From the IMG/VR virus record IMGVR_UViG_3300032524_000070: a stretch of 64,000 bases of DNA, one strand, 5' to 3'. The DNA is from a virus. Of the stretch, positions 46,851 to 56,035 are shown one piece after another (the first letter of the stretch is position 1; the number at the start of each line of letters is the position of its first letter). Position numbers and translations under genes: made by a program. A model generated the notes under the pieces. That model was not told the origin of the DNA. It was given only the letters and a program-made list of their open reading frames with translations, and ran no database searches.

Positions 46851-47947
46851 CTCGCCTTGCGGTTCATCTCCGCGATCATCTCCTGGTGCTTGCTGATGTC
46901 CTGGCCGCCGGGAGCGTCGGGGTCGTTGAACAGGGCGATCCGCAGCTTCCGCTCGTGCTCCTGGTTGAGCGCACCGAAGTACCCACTCAGCGTCATCCCA
47001 CAGGCCCTCGCCCGAGCGATGTGGCTCACCCGAACGGCCTCGGTGACGCTCTCCCAGTCGTAGGGGCCGGGGACCTTCTCGCCCTCGGGCTCCTCCGCTT
47101 CGGTGGGCTCATCCTCCACCTCCGGGAGGGTGTTGATGGTGAACCCGAAGGGGTCGTCGGGCTCCTTCTCGTCGTCCTGGAGGATCTGGCCGAGATGGAG
47201 CGGGAGCAGGTCGTCCTCATCCGGCAGGGCCGGGGGAGCCTTGCCACTGGTCGCCCACCCGTCGTCGTCATCGTCGATGTCCGCGAGGGCGTCCGCGACC
47301 AGAATGTCCCTTGGGGCGGGCGAGCCCTTGTCCGGCAGGCTCTCGTCCAGCAGGCTCTCGGAGCACTCCTCGCACAGGCTCTCGTCGTTGAGATCGTCGG
47401 TGGCACCGCCGCAGCCCTCACACTGGTCGGGCTCGTCGTCCACTTCGATGCCGCAGGCGGCGTAGGTCGGCGTCCGGCTGCTGCGGTCCTCGACCACCGT
47501 GCCTGCCTCGACCAGATCGGACAGACCGCGACGGGCTGAGTCCAGGGAGATGTTGGAGATCGCGGCCACCTCGCGGGGGTTCGCCGGTCCCTGACCGAGC
47601 CGGAGCCGCTGCTGGAGCACGGCGAGGGACACCAGCTCCTTGTAGTTGTCGATGAACTTGTCCGAACAGGCGTCGAGCCCGTCCAGCAGATCGGCCATCT
47701 GCGACCCCTTCGGCGTGAACAGGTACTCGCCGTCCTCCAAGGTCAGCAACCCCTCCCCCGTCGTCATGCGCTGGAGGATCTGATCCAGAGCACCGGGGGC
47801 GATGTACGCCCGGCTGTAGCTGCCCGGAGCGTCCTTCCGCCGGGCCATGATGAACGCCGAGATGTGTTCGGCCTTCGTCTCGTGGTCGGCGACAGCTCGC
47901 TCACGGATGATGTAGAGGACCTGGAAGGTGCGGGCGTTGATGGCCAT
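46847..47947 (-). CDS. Putative winged-helix protein with acidic region and Cys cluster
   Basis: REVAAISNISLDSARRGLSDLVEAGTV wHTH pattern; AGGAG before ATG 47947. Confidence 0.55.
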   Translation of the reverse strand: MAINARTFQVLYIIRERAVADHETKAEHISAFIMARRKDAPGSYSRAYIAPGALDQILQRMTTGEGLLTLEDGEYLFTPKGSQMADLLDGLDACSDKFIDNYKELVSLAVLQQRLRLGQGPANPREVAAISNISLDSARRGLSDLVEAGTVVEDRSSRTPTYAACGIEVDDEPDQCEGCGGATDDLNDESLCEECSESLLDESLPDKGSPAPRDILVADALADIDDDDDGWATSGKAPPALPDEDDLLPLHLGQILQDDEKEPDDPFGFTINTLPEVEDEPTEAEEPEGEKVPGPYDWESVTEAVRVSHIARARACGMTLSGYFGALNQEHERKLRIALFNDPDAPGGQDISKHQEMIAEMNRKAS

Positions 47948-48058
47948 GTCGGTGTCTCCTGAAGGCATCTGGGTCATCTACCCCTGGCCCCACCTGATGG
48001 ACCCCCTCCCGGTGGCGACCTTCCATGCTGAGTTCGAGCGACTCTGGAAGCTCAACGC

Positions 48059-48433
48059 CTAGTCTTCCCACACCTTCTTGCGACGCGGCTTCTCTACTTC
48101 CGGTCGTGGGATGTGGCTCCAGGTCTTCCCTCTTCCGATGTCCGCGATGGCCTGGCGGGTCACTCCGTAGTCCAGGGCCACGTCCTTCGGCTTCTCCCGG
48201 CCCCTGAGCCGGAGGAGGATGACCGGGATGTCTGTGGGCCTCAGCTTGCAGCCCCGGAGGGTCACATCCGGCGGGTCAGGTCGGTCGAGGTCGGGCCACG
48301 ACTTCCCCTTCACCAGGTTCGATACGGCACCTGCCGTGATCTTGAACTCAGCAGCCAGATTCTTCTGTGACTCACCTTCGGCCACCCGGTCGATGATGCT
48401 CTGAGCCTGGTCCTCTGTGAGGCGCTTGTTCAC
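48059..48433 (-). CDS. Tandem HTH protein (HNH-endonuclease C-terminal-like repeats, no nuclease)
   Basis: Two (K/R)L...A.(F/Y)..T..A...GK(S/T)W repeats; TGGACT-17-TACGCT just upstream of GTG. Confidence 0.6.
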   Translation of the reverse strand: MNKRLTEDQAQSIIDRVAEGESQKNLAAEFKITAGAVSNLVKGKSWPDLDRPDPPDVTLRGCKLRPTDIPVILLRLRGREKPKDVALDYGVTRQAIADIGRGKTWSHIPRPEVEKPRRKKVWED

Positions 48434-48545
48434 GCGGACAGCGTACTCCGAGCCCAAAATCAAGTCCATTTTGATTCTCGCTAGGGCTTCTATACGCCAC
48501 GGGTAGTGAGCGACAGGCGAAGCCCCCGCCCTACGGAGAACGATC

Positions 48546-49412
48546 ATGCCGAACATGGACAATGGCCCCGCGAACGGACTGGGAGGTTCCTCGTACCTCT
48601 ACGATTTCGGGACCTCTCCGAACACGCGGACGGCGGTGAGCCAGAAGGTGCGCCTGCTGACGCCGCACTACGGGTCGAGCGCAGCGATGCACCAGATGGG
48701 TGTCGTCTCCAGCTTCAACCCCTCGCAGAGCCGGACGGTCGAGCCCGTGCGTGGCGTGGGCTTCGGCGACCAGATCGCTGAGCTGGTGCCGAGCGTGACG
48801 GAGCCCACCACGGGTTCCTTCGAGCGTGCGCTCCTGTACCTCTGCAACCTGTGGCAGGCCACGGGCTACGCCTCGGGTGTGGACGGGCCGGTGCGGTCGC
48901 TGGCCCACCACAAGTGGCCGTTCGACATCGAGCAGCAGCTCGTCTTCTCGACGCTGGCGGACATCGACCTCGGGGCAGCGAACAGCGGGCACGCGGGCGG
49001 CACGGGCTCCTTCGACGGTGGTGTCAAGCAGACGGTCTACCCGGCGGTGACCCCGGACTTCGGCACGGCTGGAGGCCCGAGCGGACACGGCTCCGGTGGT
49101 CCTGCCACGGCTCCGGGAGCAGCCCGTGGTCACTCGGCCATCATCACCATCTACGAGGCCTGCTGGTTCACCTCCTGGTCCGCCACGTTCGCCAAGGACA
49201 GCGGCATGATCATGGAGTCCGGCGACGTGACCGTCTCCGACGTTCACGACTTCGCCTCGATGTACGGCGAGTTCCTGGCGACGGGCAACGATCCGACCAT
49301 CGGGCAGCTCGGTTCCATCCGCTTCGGTGAGAGCGACTCCGGCTTCCAGATCGCGCAGGTCGGTGGCGACCTGACGGGTGGTTCGCCGCAGTCGCCCTTC
49401 ATCAACACGTAG
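48546..49412 (+). CDS. Tail tube protein
   Basis: PVRGVGFGDQIAELVPS, WPFDIEQ, TIYEACWFTSWS; position before chaperones and tape measure. Confidence 0.75.
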   Translation: MPNMDNGPANGLGGSSYLYDFGTSPNTRTAVSQKVRLLTPHYGSSAAMHQMGVVSSFNPSQSRTVEPVRGVGFGDQIAELVPSVTEPTTGSFERALLYLCNLWQATGYASGVDGPVRSLAHHKWPFDIEQQLVFSTLADIDLGAANSGHAGGTGSFDGGVKQTVYPAVTPDFGTAGGPSGHGSGGPATAPGAARGHSAIITIYEACWFTSWSATFAKDSGMIMESGDVTVSDVHDFASMYGEFLATGNDPTIGQLGSIRFGESDSGFQIAQVGGDLTGGSPQSPFINT

Positions 49413-49454
49413 CCGTCCGGGACAAGTAGCCGGGCTGGGTAAGATGTAGACGAC

Positions 49455-49625
49455 CACCTCCCCCATCAGGGGGGATGGTTCATGTGACCACGGAAACAGC
49501 CGGTGGCCCCTCAACGGACCAAACGGACAAATGTGACGACCCCCGCTTGCTCTGTACTCCTCTCCTGCGGGAGATGGCTGGATGTGCTGACGACGGAAAC
49601 GGCCTGATCACGACCGCTTGTTCTG
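49455..49625 (+). ncRNA. Structured intergenic RNA with two tandem hairpin/ACGGAA modules
   Basis: Modules 49457..49501 and 49559..49604, about 100 nt apart; four ACGGA. Confidence 0.55.
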
Positions 49626-49667
49626 TCCAGAGCCCCCGCTGCTGTTCCCGACAACAACCTGGGGAAC

Positions 49668-50867
49668 GTGCAGATGCAGATCGACTTCAAAGCTCTGGAG
49701 CAGGCTCTTGCTCCCATCGAGGAGATCGGCCAGGGCGAAGTGACCTTCGAGGCCGCCTCGACCACCATCACCTTGCGCGTTCTACGGCCCGCCGAAGAGG
49801 TGGAGGCACAGAGGTACGCCGCTTCGGTGTTGAAGGACGATGTCGAGGGCGACCACTCTGCGGTGGACTACCTCGACCGCTTCCGTATCGCCTGCCTGTC
49901 CCACTCCGTCGTCGCCATCGGTGACCTGGACTTCCGGGGCCTGGAGTACGTCGAGACCGGCGACAAGCTCCCCAACGGGAGCCCCATCAAGGTCACCAAG
50001 TCGAAGGCGATGCGGACGCTCCTGGCTCGTTGGACTCGGGCCACGCTGACGGTGGTGTACTCGAAGTTCAGTGACCTGACCACCTCGTCGGAGGTGGAGG
50101 CAGAACGCCTCATCGAGTACACGCCTTCGGACCTGTCTGCCGAACTCGACCGGCTCAACAAGCGGGTGGCCGAGATCACGGCGAAGATGGAACAGGAGAA
50201 GATGATCGAGAAGGCGAAGTTCAGCGACCAGGTGGAATCGATCTCCAAGGTCACCACCGACGCCATGAACCGGCCTCCCGCCACACCGGCCATCGCCGCA
50301 CCCGAGCCGGAACCGGAGGTGGACCCGGAACAGGCGTTGCCAGCCGCATCCCGCCGCACCGGCCCCATCAGTCCAACCACTGCCCCGCCCCCGGCCGCCA
50401 GGGAGCCCCGTGCTGCCCAGCCTGCTCCGGCACAGCAGCCGCTCCACCGGACGCCCCCGCCGCGTGCGGACTCGTCGTTCATCAACCCCGATGATGACGA
50501 CGGGATGAACGCTGCTCTCGACGCAGAGCACAACCGCATCCTTGCCATGCGTCGGCAGGCGGCAGCAGGCCAGCCCACTGTGGATGATGCGTCAGCTCTG
50601 GAGCAGATCCACCCGCAGACGGCCCACCGCCGGACGCCACCGCATCTGGAGGCCAAGGAGGCAGAGGATGATGTGGGGGTGCTGGACGCGGCGGCACAGG
50701 CGGCCAAGGAGGTAGGCGAGATCGATGGCAAGCCGGTGTTCGCTCTCCCCGCACAGGACTTGGGGGTGAAGGCCCCTCCCGCTCCGGCTGATGCACGGGC
50801 AGCCATCAACCCCCCGCAGGCATCTGGGTCCGAGAACCCTCGGTTCCAGCGTCGCAAGCAGCCCTGA
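49668..50867 (+). CDS. Putative tail assembly chaperone
   Basis: Position after tube; ITLRVL..EE; Pro/Ala-rich C-terminus. Confidence 0.55.
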   Translation: MQMQIDFKALEQALAPIEEIGQGEVTFEAASTTITLRVLRPAEEVEAQRYAASVLKDDVEGDHSAVDYLDRFRIACLSHSVVAIGDLDFRGLEYVETGDKLPNGSPIKVTKSKAMRTLLARWTRATLTVVYSKFSDLTTSSEVEAERLIEYTPSDLSAELDRLNKRVAEITAKMEQEKMIEKAKFSDQVESISKVTTDAMNRPPATPAIAAPEPEPEVDPEQALPAASRRTGPISPTTAPPPAAREPRAAQPAPAQQPLHRTPPPRADSSFINPDDDDGMNAALDAEHNRILAMRRQAAAGQPTVDDASALEQIHPQTAHRRTPPHLEAKEAEDDVGVLDAAAQAAKEVGEIDGKPVFALPAQDLGVKAPPAPADARAAINPPQASGSENPRFQRRKQP

Positions 50868-50876
50868 TCGAGACGG

Positions 50877-52082
50877 ATGCTCCCGAAGACCACACCAGAG
50901 CAGCGCAGCCGCTTCTACACCGACATCGAAGGACTCCTCTCCCCGGGATTCTTGACGCATTCGGTCGTGGTCAACGGTGTGCGTCTGCATCTGCGGTCCT
51001 TGGGGGCAGGCGACCTCTTCATGCTGAAGGCCCGCACCGAGGGGGCTTCGGGTCGTGAGTGGCGAGTGTGGTCGGTCGCTACGGCCATCTGGATGATCGA
51101 GGGGCGTTCCGTCCTGGGTCACGACGACGTGATCCCCTTCCTGGCCCGGTTCATCCGGGGGCTGCCGAAGGTCACCCTGGAGATCCTGTTCTCGCTCCTG
51201 CTAGGGCTGTGGATGCGGGTGGGGGTTGCCGTGAACTCCACGGAGGTCTTCTGCTTCGAGACGGCTTCCCGCTACAAGTGGAAGACCGTGGGTGCCAGCG
51301 GTCTGATGAACACGGGAGTCCCCGGAGCGAATCGACTCGGGTTCAACGCGGTTCAGCGCATCTGGGTGGCCTTCAACGAGATGGAGGACTCCCGCCGGGA
51401 TGATGAGACGGCGTGGGAGGGCTTCAAGCTGGTCGCCAGCTCCAACGCCCCCAAGGCCGTCAAGAAGCTGGACGACAAGGACACGCAGCGGCGGACGGAG
51501 ACGACGGAGACGCGGCAGAGGCAGCTCGACCTGCACTACTACCAGCGGCTCGGTGTGGTGGACGCCAAGGGTGCTGTCCAGGGCACGGACGGCTCGATGC
51601 ACCGCATCCAGGGTGCCAAGACAGTCGAAGACCTTGAAGAGGAGATGCGTCGGTGGGTCACCGATGATCAGGACCTTCACGACCAGGTGGTCGCCGACTA
51701 CAAGGCCCGCATCAAGGCCAACCGCGAGGCCGAGCAGGCAGAGCGGTCTGCTCGTCGGGCAGCCATCGCAAAGAAGCGTGAGCAGATGGGCTGGGAGGCC
51801 GGGGACTTCAAGCCGCAGCCTCTCGTGGCCATGACCACTCAGCAGCTCCAGCACATGCTGGCTACCCGGGGGCCTGGTCGCCCGGATGGTGTCAGCTTCA
51901 TCCCGAAGGCCCCGAGCGCGGACAGGCTCTACAGCAAGTACGTGAACGAGGGGGCTGGGGCAGGCCAGTTGGAGGTCGTGGACGGCAAGGTGCTGGACAG
52001 CGGAGCGAACCCGGAGACGGATGAACGGACGCTCAACCAGTTGATCAGGGGTCGCAACCCCGCCTTCGGATCGGGGGAGTAA
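50877..52082 (+). CDS. Putative second tail assembly chaperone
   Basis: Position before tape measure; GFLTH..LRSL, QRIWVAFN. Confidence 0.5.
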   Translation: MLPKTTPEQRSRFYTDIEGLLSPGFLTHSVVVNGVRLHLRSLGAGDLFMLKARTEGASGREWRVWSVATAIWMIEGRSVLGHDDVIPFLARFIRGLPKVTLEILFSLLLGLWMRVGVAVNSTEVFCFETASRYKWKTVGASGLMNTGVPGANRLGFNAVQRIWVAFNEMEDSRRDDETAWEGFKLVASSNAPKAVKKLDDKDTQRRTETTETRQRQLDLHYYQRLGVVDAKGAVQGTDGSMHRIQGAKTVEDLEEEMRRWVTDDQDLHDQVVADYKARIKANREAEQAERSARRAAIAKKREQMGWEAGDFKPQPLVAMTTQQLQHMLATRGPGRPDGVSFIPKAPSADRLYSKYVNEGAGAGQLEVVDGKVLDSGANPETDERTLNQLIRGRNPAFGSGE

Positions 52083-52085
52083 GCC

Positions 52086-55000
52086 ATGTCCATCAATGAG
52101 GTGATGAACTGGACGGTAGACCTCAAGGCCAACACCACCCAGTTCATGAAGGACCTGAACGATGCCGCCAAGGGCATCAACATCGAGTTCGACAACAAGG
52201 GGTTGGTCAAGAGCTTCGCCGGGGCGCAGGGCGACATCCAGAAGCTCTTGTCGAACACCGTGGCTGCCGGGGCTACAGCGGGGTTCTCCCACGCGAACGT
52301 CAAGGCCCTGAGCAGCAAGATGGAGGTCATCACCGGGGAGATCGAGAAGTCCCTCAAGGACATCTTCAATCTCCAGGTGAAGGGGTCAACGGAAGCCGCG
52401 AAGGTCTGGGGTCAAACCGTCAAGGATGCCCATGCTAAGGCCCTTGAGGGAGAGAAGGCCAAGCTGGAGGGAGCGGAGCGGCGGTTTGCACTGGAGAAGA
52501 AGAACGCCGAGCGGCTCATCAAGCGTCGCCAGTCCGCTCGCCAGGATGCTGACCGTCTGGAGGACCGGAACGCCAGCGAGCGGGCCAAGGACTGGATGGA
52601 GTCCATCGGCGGGTCGGTCGCCAAGCTGAAGAGCGGGGACCTTGCCGGGGTGCTGTCGGGTGCGGGCAAGGGTGCTGCGGCTCGCGGTGTCGGGATGCAG
52701 GACAAGGCGGCTGCGGCGGGCGATGCCGGTGGGATGATGGGCAAGATGGGCGGCCTCATGGCCAAGATCGGCCCCATCATCGCGGGCATCGGTGCGGTCG
52801 TGGCGGGGTTCGCTGCTCTGGCGGCGATAGTGGTGCTGGTGGACGGTGCCGTGAAGGGCCTGAACAAGACCATGATGGATAGCGGGGTGGCTGGTGCGGA
52901 CATGGCCAACCAGTTCAACCAGCTCGGCAACACGATGGACAACATCCGAAAGTCGGCCAAGGGGTCGTTCGGGTTCAACCAGATCTGGGGTGTGTCCGGC
53001 AAGGACCACCTGGAGATCCTCGGGGCCTTCAACGCGGCGGGTCAGACCATCCACGAGATGGGCACCGAGATGGACCGGCTGCGGCAGTACACCCAGGCTG
53101 CGCTGACGTACAGCAAGCTCCTGGGGCTGAGCACTACGGATGTCAGCTCCTCGACGGCGGTCTACATGGAGGAGCTGGGGATGACCCTGGAGGGCGTCTC
53201 TGGCCGCTTCTCCAACATCACGGCGGCGGCCAAGGAGAGCGGCTTCGGGGTCAAGCGATTCTTCAACATGGTGCTCCAGGCCACGTCGGGGATGTCGATG
53301 TACAACGTCCGGCTGGAGGAGGCCGCCGGACTGCTCATCCAGCTTGGGAAGATCCTGGGCGAGAAGATGGGTGGCGACTTCCTTGCGACGTTGATGAAGG
53401 GCTTCAAGGACGAGGGCACGCAGGACCGCATCAAGAAGACGATCTCGACCGGCGTGGAGATGTCATCCCGCGTCCTCCGCAAGGATGCGGTGGCCTCTGC
53501 CGAGGAGTTCCAGCGGAAGCTGACTGAGCTGTCGGACCAGGACTCTGGCAAGGGAGCGGCTGTTGCCGAGATCCTCAGCCGGTACCAGCTCGACCCCACG
53601 GATGCGGAGGGGTTCGCCAAGAAGCTGGGCAAGATGGCCCCTCAAGAGCTGGGGATGATCACTCAGGAGTTGGCAGCACAGGGCGGTCAGGGCGAGGGAA
53701 TGGCTCGCAGCATGACGGACCTCGCCACGAAGGGTCAGGCCTTCCGGGGCGACCTGGCCGGGGCACAGGCGGCCCTCAGCTCTGCCGGGGGTGGGGCGAC
53801 CTTGTTCCTCCAGCTCAATGAAGCCTCGCGGGTGCTCGGCAAGAGCCTGGACCAGATCGATCTCTCGAACATGGAGCAGCGGGCGGCCTTTGAGAGCATC
53901 ACCGGCAAGTCCGGTGAGGCGGCAGAGCAGCTCCGGCGTATGGGCATGGGTCTGCGTGGCAAGTTCGACCTCATCCAGAAGGCCAACGAAGGTGGGACAG
54001 CGGGCCGGGAAGCCTACAACAAGAGTGGCCTGGCGAAGTCGTTCGGGGTGTTCCTCGACGAGCAGGGGAAGATGTACCGGCTGGATGCCGAGAAGAACCG
54101 TGTGGACATCGGGGACAGCCTCGAAGACCTGTTCATCGGCATCGGGAAGGAAACCCTGGGCAACGAGACGGCACAGAAGGCCGAAGACATCCTGCTGGCT
54201 CGGGAGATCGCCAAGAACACCACGGACATCGCCAGCATCCTTGAACGGGGGATCGAGTGGCTGCTGTCCGGCATCTACGACTCAGTGCAGCGGATTTCGG
54301 GGCTCATGGGTGGTCTGAGTGCCGATGAGAAACGGGGGAAGATCGCGGCTCTTGCGACATTGGGCGACGAGAGCACTGCGGCGATGCAGATGGCCCGAGA
54401 AGCAGAGAGTGACATCGCTGATCTCAAGCGGAGTAGGTCGGGTTCCACCCCAGAAAAGCAGGCTGACATCGACATCAAGATCAAGGCACGGGAGGACGAT
54501 CTCATCCGTGCGGAGATGCAGTCGAAGTCGTTGCTCCGACAGACCAGGAAGATTGAAAGGAAGCAGGACGACTGGGGCATCAAGGGCACCGGGACCAAGG
54601 AGTCTCAGTGGTTGGGCTTCGGGAAGGATGACGAATACAAATACATCGAGAAGGACGCCACGGCGCTGATGGGGCAGGAGCGGATGGACGCTGAGTTCAG
54701 AGCCCCCGGAGCCGAACGGGCTCTTGCGAACCCTGACCTCCAGTTCAACCCGAACCACTACGGAGAGGGCATGGCCGCGAAGTTGACGCAGAGAGCAACG
54801 AACAGTCAGGTTGCACTCGACCTCAAGGAGTGGTTGGCAGACCCCGAGGCCACTCGTAGGGCCGATGACCAGCGGGTTCTGAGGCAGACGACGGCAGAGG
54901 AGACCGCGATTTCCACGCAGACCACAGATCTGGTCTCGTCATGGAAGGACTGGCAGAAGGAGATGAGCCTCCAGGAGGTCTCTGCGGTACTGGCCGGGGC

Positions 55001-55406
55001 CGGGATTGAGGGCGACACGGACCAGATGGCCGCGTCGTTGTTGCGGGGGCAAGTCCCCAAGGGCTTGGACCTGGGTGCGAAGACCGCTGGCGGGATGAGC
55101 CTCTACGACAGGTTGTCGGGATCGAACCCCTCGTCTGAAATGGCTCGGGCGTTGTTCAGTGCTGAACAGGGTGGTCCGAGGGCCGAGGACTTCCTCATGC
55201 AGATCGGGACCGGAGGCCGGGTGAAGTTCGCCCAGCGCATCAGTGCCTCCGACACCGTGACCGCTACGGCATCGAAGCCCGGAGGCCCGATCCAGTCGTC
55301 CGGTCGGAAGGGCTCCGGGGGCTCGACCGTCGTGATCAACAGCTTCGGCAACGCTGCCGAGGTCGTGCGTGGCATCCAGGCAGCCGTGGCGGCGGGGGTC
55401 GTGTAA
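52086..55406 (+). CDS. Tape measure protein
   Basis: Long helical Ala/Gly-rich protein with a hydrophobic segment; canonical position. Confidence 0.75.
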   Translation: MSINEVMNWTVDLKANTTQFMKDLNDAAKGINIEFDNKGLVKSFAGAQGDIQKLLSNTVAAGATAGFSHANVKALSSKMEVITGEIEKSLKDIFNLQVKGSTEAAKVWGQTVKDAHAKALEGEKAKLEGAERRFALEKKNAERLIKRRQSARQDADRLEDRNASERAKDWMESIGGSVAKLKSGDLAGVLSGAGKGAAARGVGMQDKAAAAGDAGGMMGKMGGLMAKIGPIIAGIGAVVAGFAALAAIVVLVDGAVKGLNKTMMDSGVAGADMANQFNQLGNTMDNIRKSAKGSFGFNQIWGVSGKDHLEILGAFNAAGQTIHEMGTEMDRLRQYTQAALTYSKLLGLSTTDVSSSTAVYMEELGMTLEGVSGRFSNITAAAKESGFGVKRFFNMVLQATSGMSMYNVRLEEAAGLLIQLGKILGEKMGGDFLATLMKGFKDEGTQDRIKKTISTGVEMSSRVLRKDAVASAEEFQRKLTELSDQDSGKGAAVAEILSRYQLDPTDAEGFAKKLGKMAPQELGMITQELAAQGGQGEGMARSMTDLATKGQAFRGDLAGAQAALSSAGGGATLFLQLNEASRVLGKSLDQIDLSNMEQRAAFESITGKSGEAAEQLRRMGMGLRGKFDLIQKANEGGTAGREAYNKSGLAKSFGVFLDEQGKMYRLDAEKNRVDIGDSLEDLFIGIGKETLGNETAQKAEDILLAREIAKNTTDIASILERGIEWLLSGIYDSVQRISGLMGGLSADEKRGKIAALATLGDESTAAMQMAREAESDIADLKRSRSGSTPEKQADIDIKIKAREDDLIRAEMQSKSLLRQTRKIERKQDDWGIKGTGTKESQWLGFGKDDEYKYIEKDATALMGQERMDAEFRAPGAERALANPDLQFNPNHYGEGMAAKLTQRATNSQVALDLKEWLADPEATRRADDQRVLRQTTAEETAISTQTTDLVSSWKDWQKEMSLQEVSAVLAGAGIEGDTDQMAASLLRGQVPKGLDLGAKTAGGMSLYDRLSGSNPSSEMARALFSAEQGGPRAEDFLMQIGTGGRVKFAQRISASDTVTATASKPGGPIQSSGRKGSGGSTVVINSFGNAAEVVRGIQAAVAAGVV

Positions 55407-55409
55407 CCC

Positions 55410-56033
55410 ATGCCACGGGACAACACCCCGGTATTCAAGAGCGCCTTCGTATCTGCTGACGATGAGTTCAGCGGGCTCGGGGTGCGTCCGGTGGTGTTCG
55501 ACATCCTCGGCCCGGACCTGGCGACCAGCATTCTTCCGCCGGACCTGCGGATGGTGCTGCACGTCAACCCCTCGTCGATGTCCCCGACGTACAGCAAGCA
55601 GACCGAGCGCATCCAGACCAAGGGCGGCTTCGTCGAGCAGCACTGGGGCGAGGCCGCCAGAGCCATCAGCTTCAACATGGCCACCGGGGGCTTCAAGCGG
55701 CTCTACAGCGGCCTGTCGAACGTCACAGGAGGCGGCCACGACACCGAGGGCACCCGGCGGGAGACCATCGCCTACGACAAGTACCTGGACCTCCTGGCCC
55801 TGTTCCACAACAACGGGAGCATCTACGACGCCTCCGGGCAGATCGCCTTCCAGGGCATCATCAAGGTCACCTTCGACGGGGGCATCTACCTGGGGTGGTT
55901 CGCGTCCTTCGGCGTCACTGAAGATGCCGCGAAGCCCTACCAGTTCGACCTGACCGCTGAGTTCACCGTCGCCCATGAGGTCTTGCGGCTGCGGACGACC
56001 CTCTCCACGGCCAACCCCGGCGTGGGGAGCTGA
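55410..56033 (+). CDS. Tail tube initiator/baseplate protein
   Basis: LHVNPSSM...QTKGGFVEQHWGE; YLGWF.SF. Confidence 0.65.
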   Translation: MPRDNTPVFKSAFVSADDEFSGLGVRPVVFDILGPDLATSILPPDLRMVLHVNPSSMSPTYSKQTERIQTKGGFVEQHWGEAARAISFNMATGGFKRLYSGLSNVTGGGHDTEGTRRETIAYDKYLDLLALFHNNGSIYDASGQIAFQGIIKVTFDGGIYLGWFASFGVTEDAAKPYQFDLTAEFTVAHEVLRLRTTLSTANPGVGS

Positions 56034-56035
56034 TC

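Noticed and set aside
49413-49667. Repeated units as a mini CRISPR array
   Set aside because: Only two diverged units per locus, irregular spacing, no cas genes in the window
50860-50880. In-frame TGA between the two tail chaperones as programmed readthrough
   Set aside because: The downstream ORF has its own ATG, and several neighbouring genes are also in frame with short spacers; no slippery site seen
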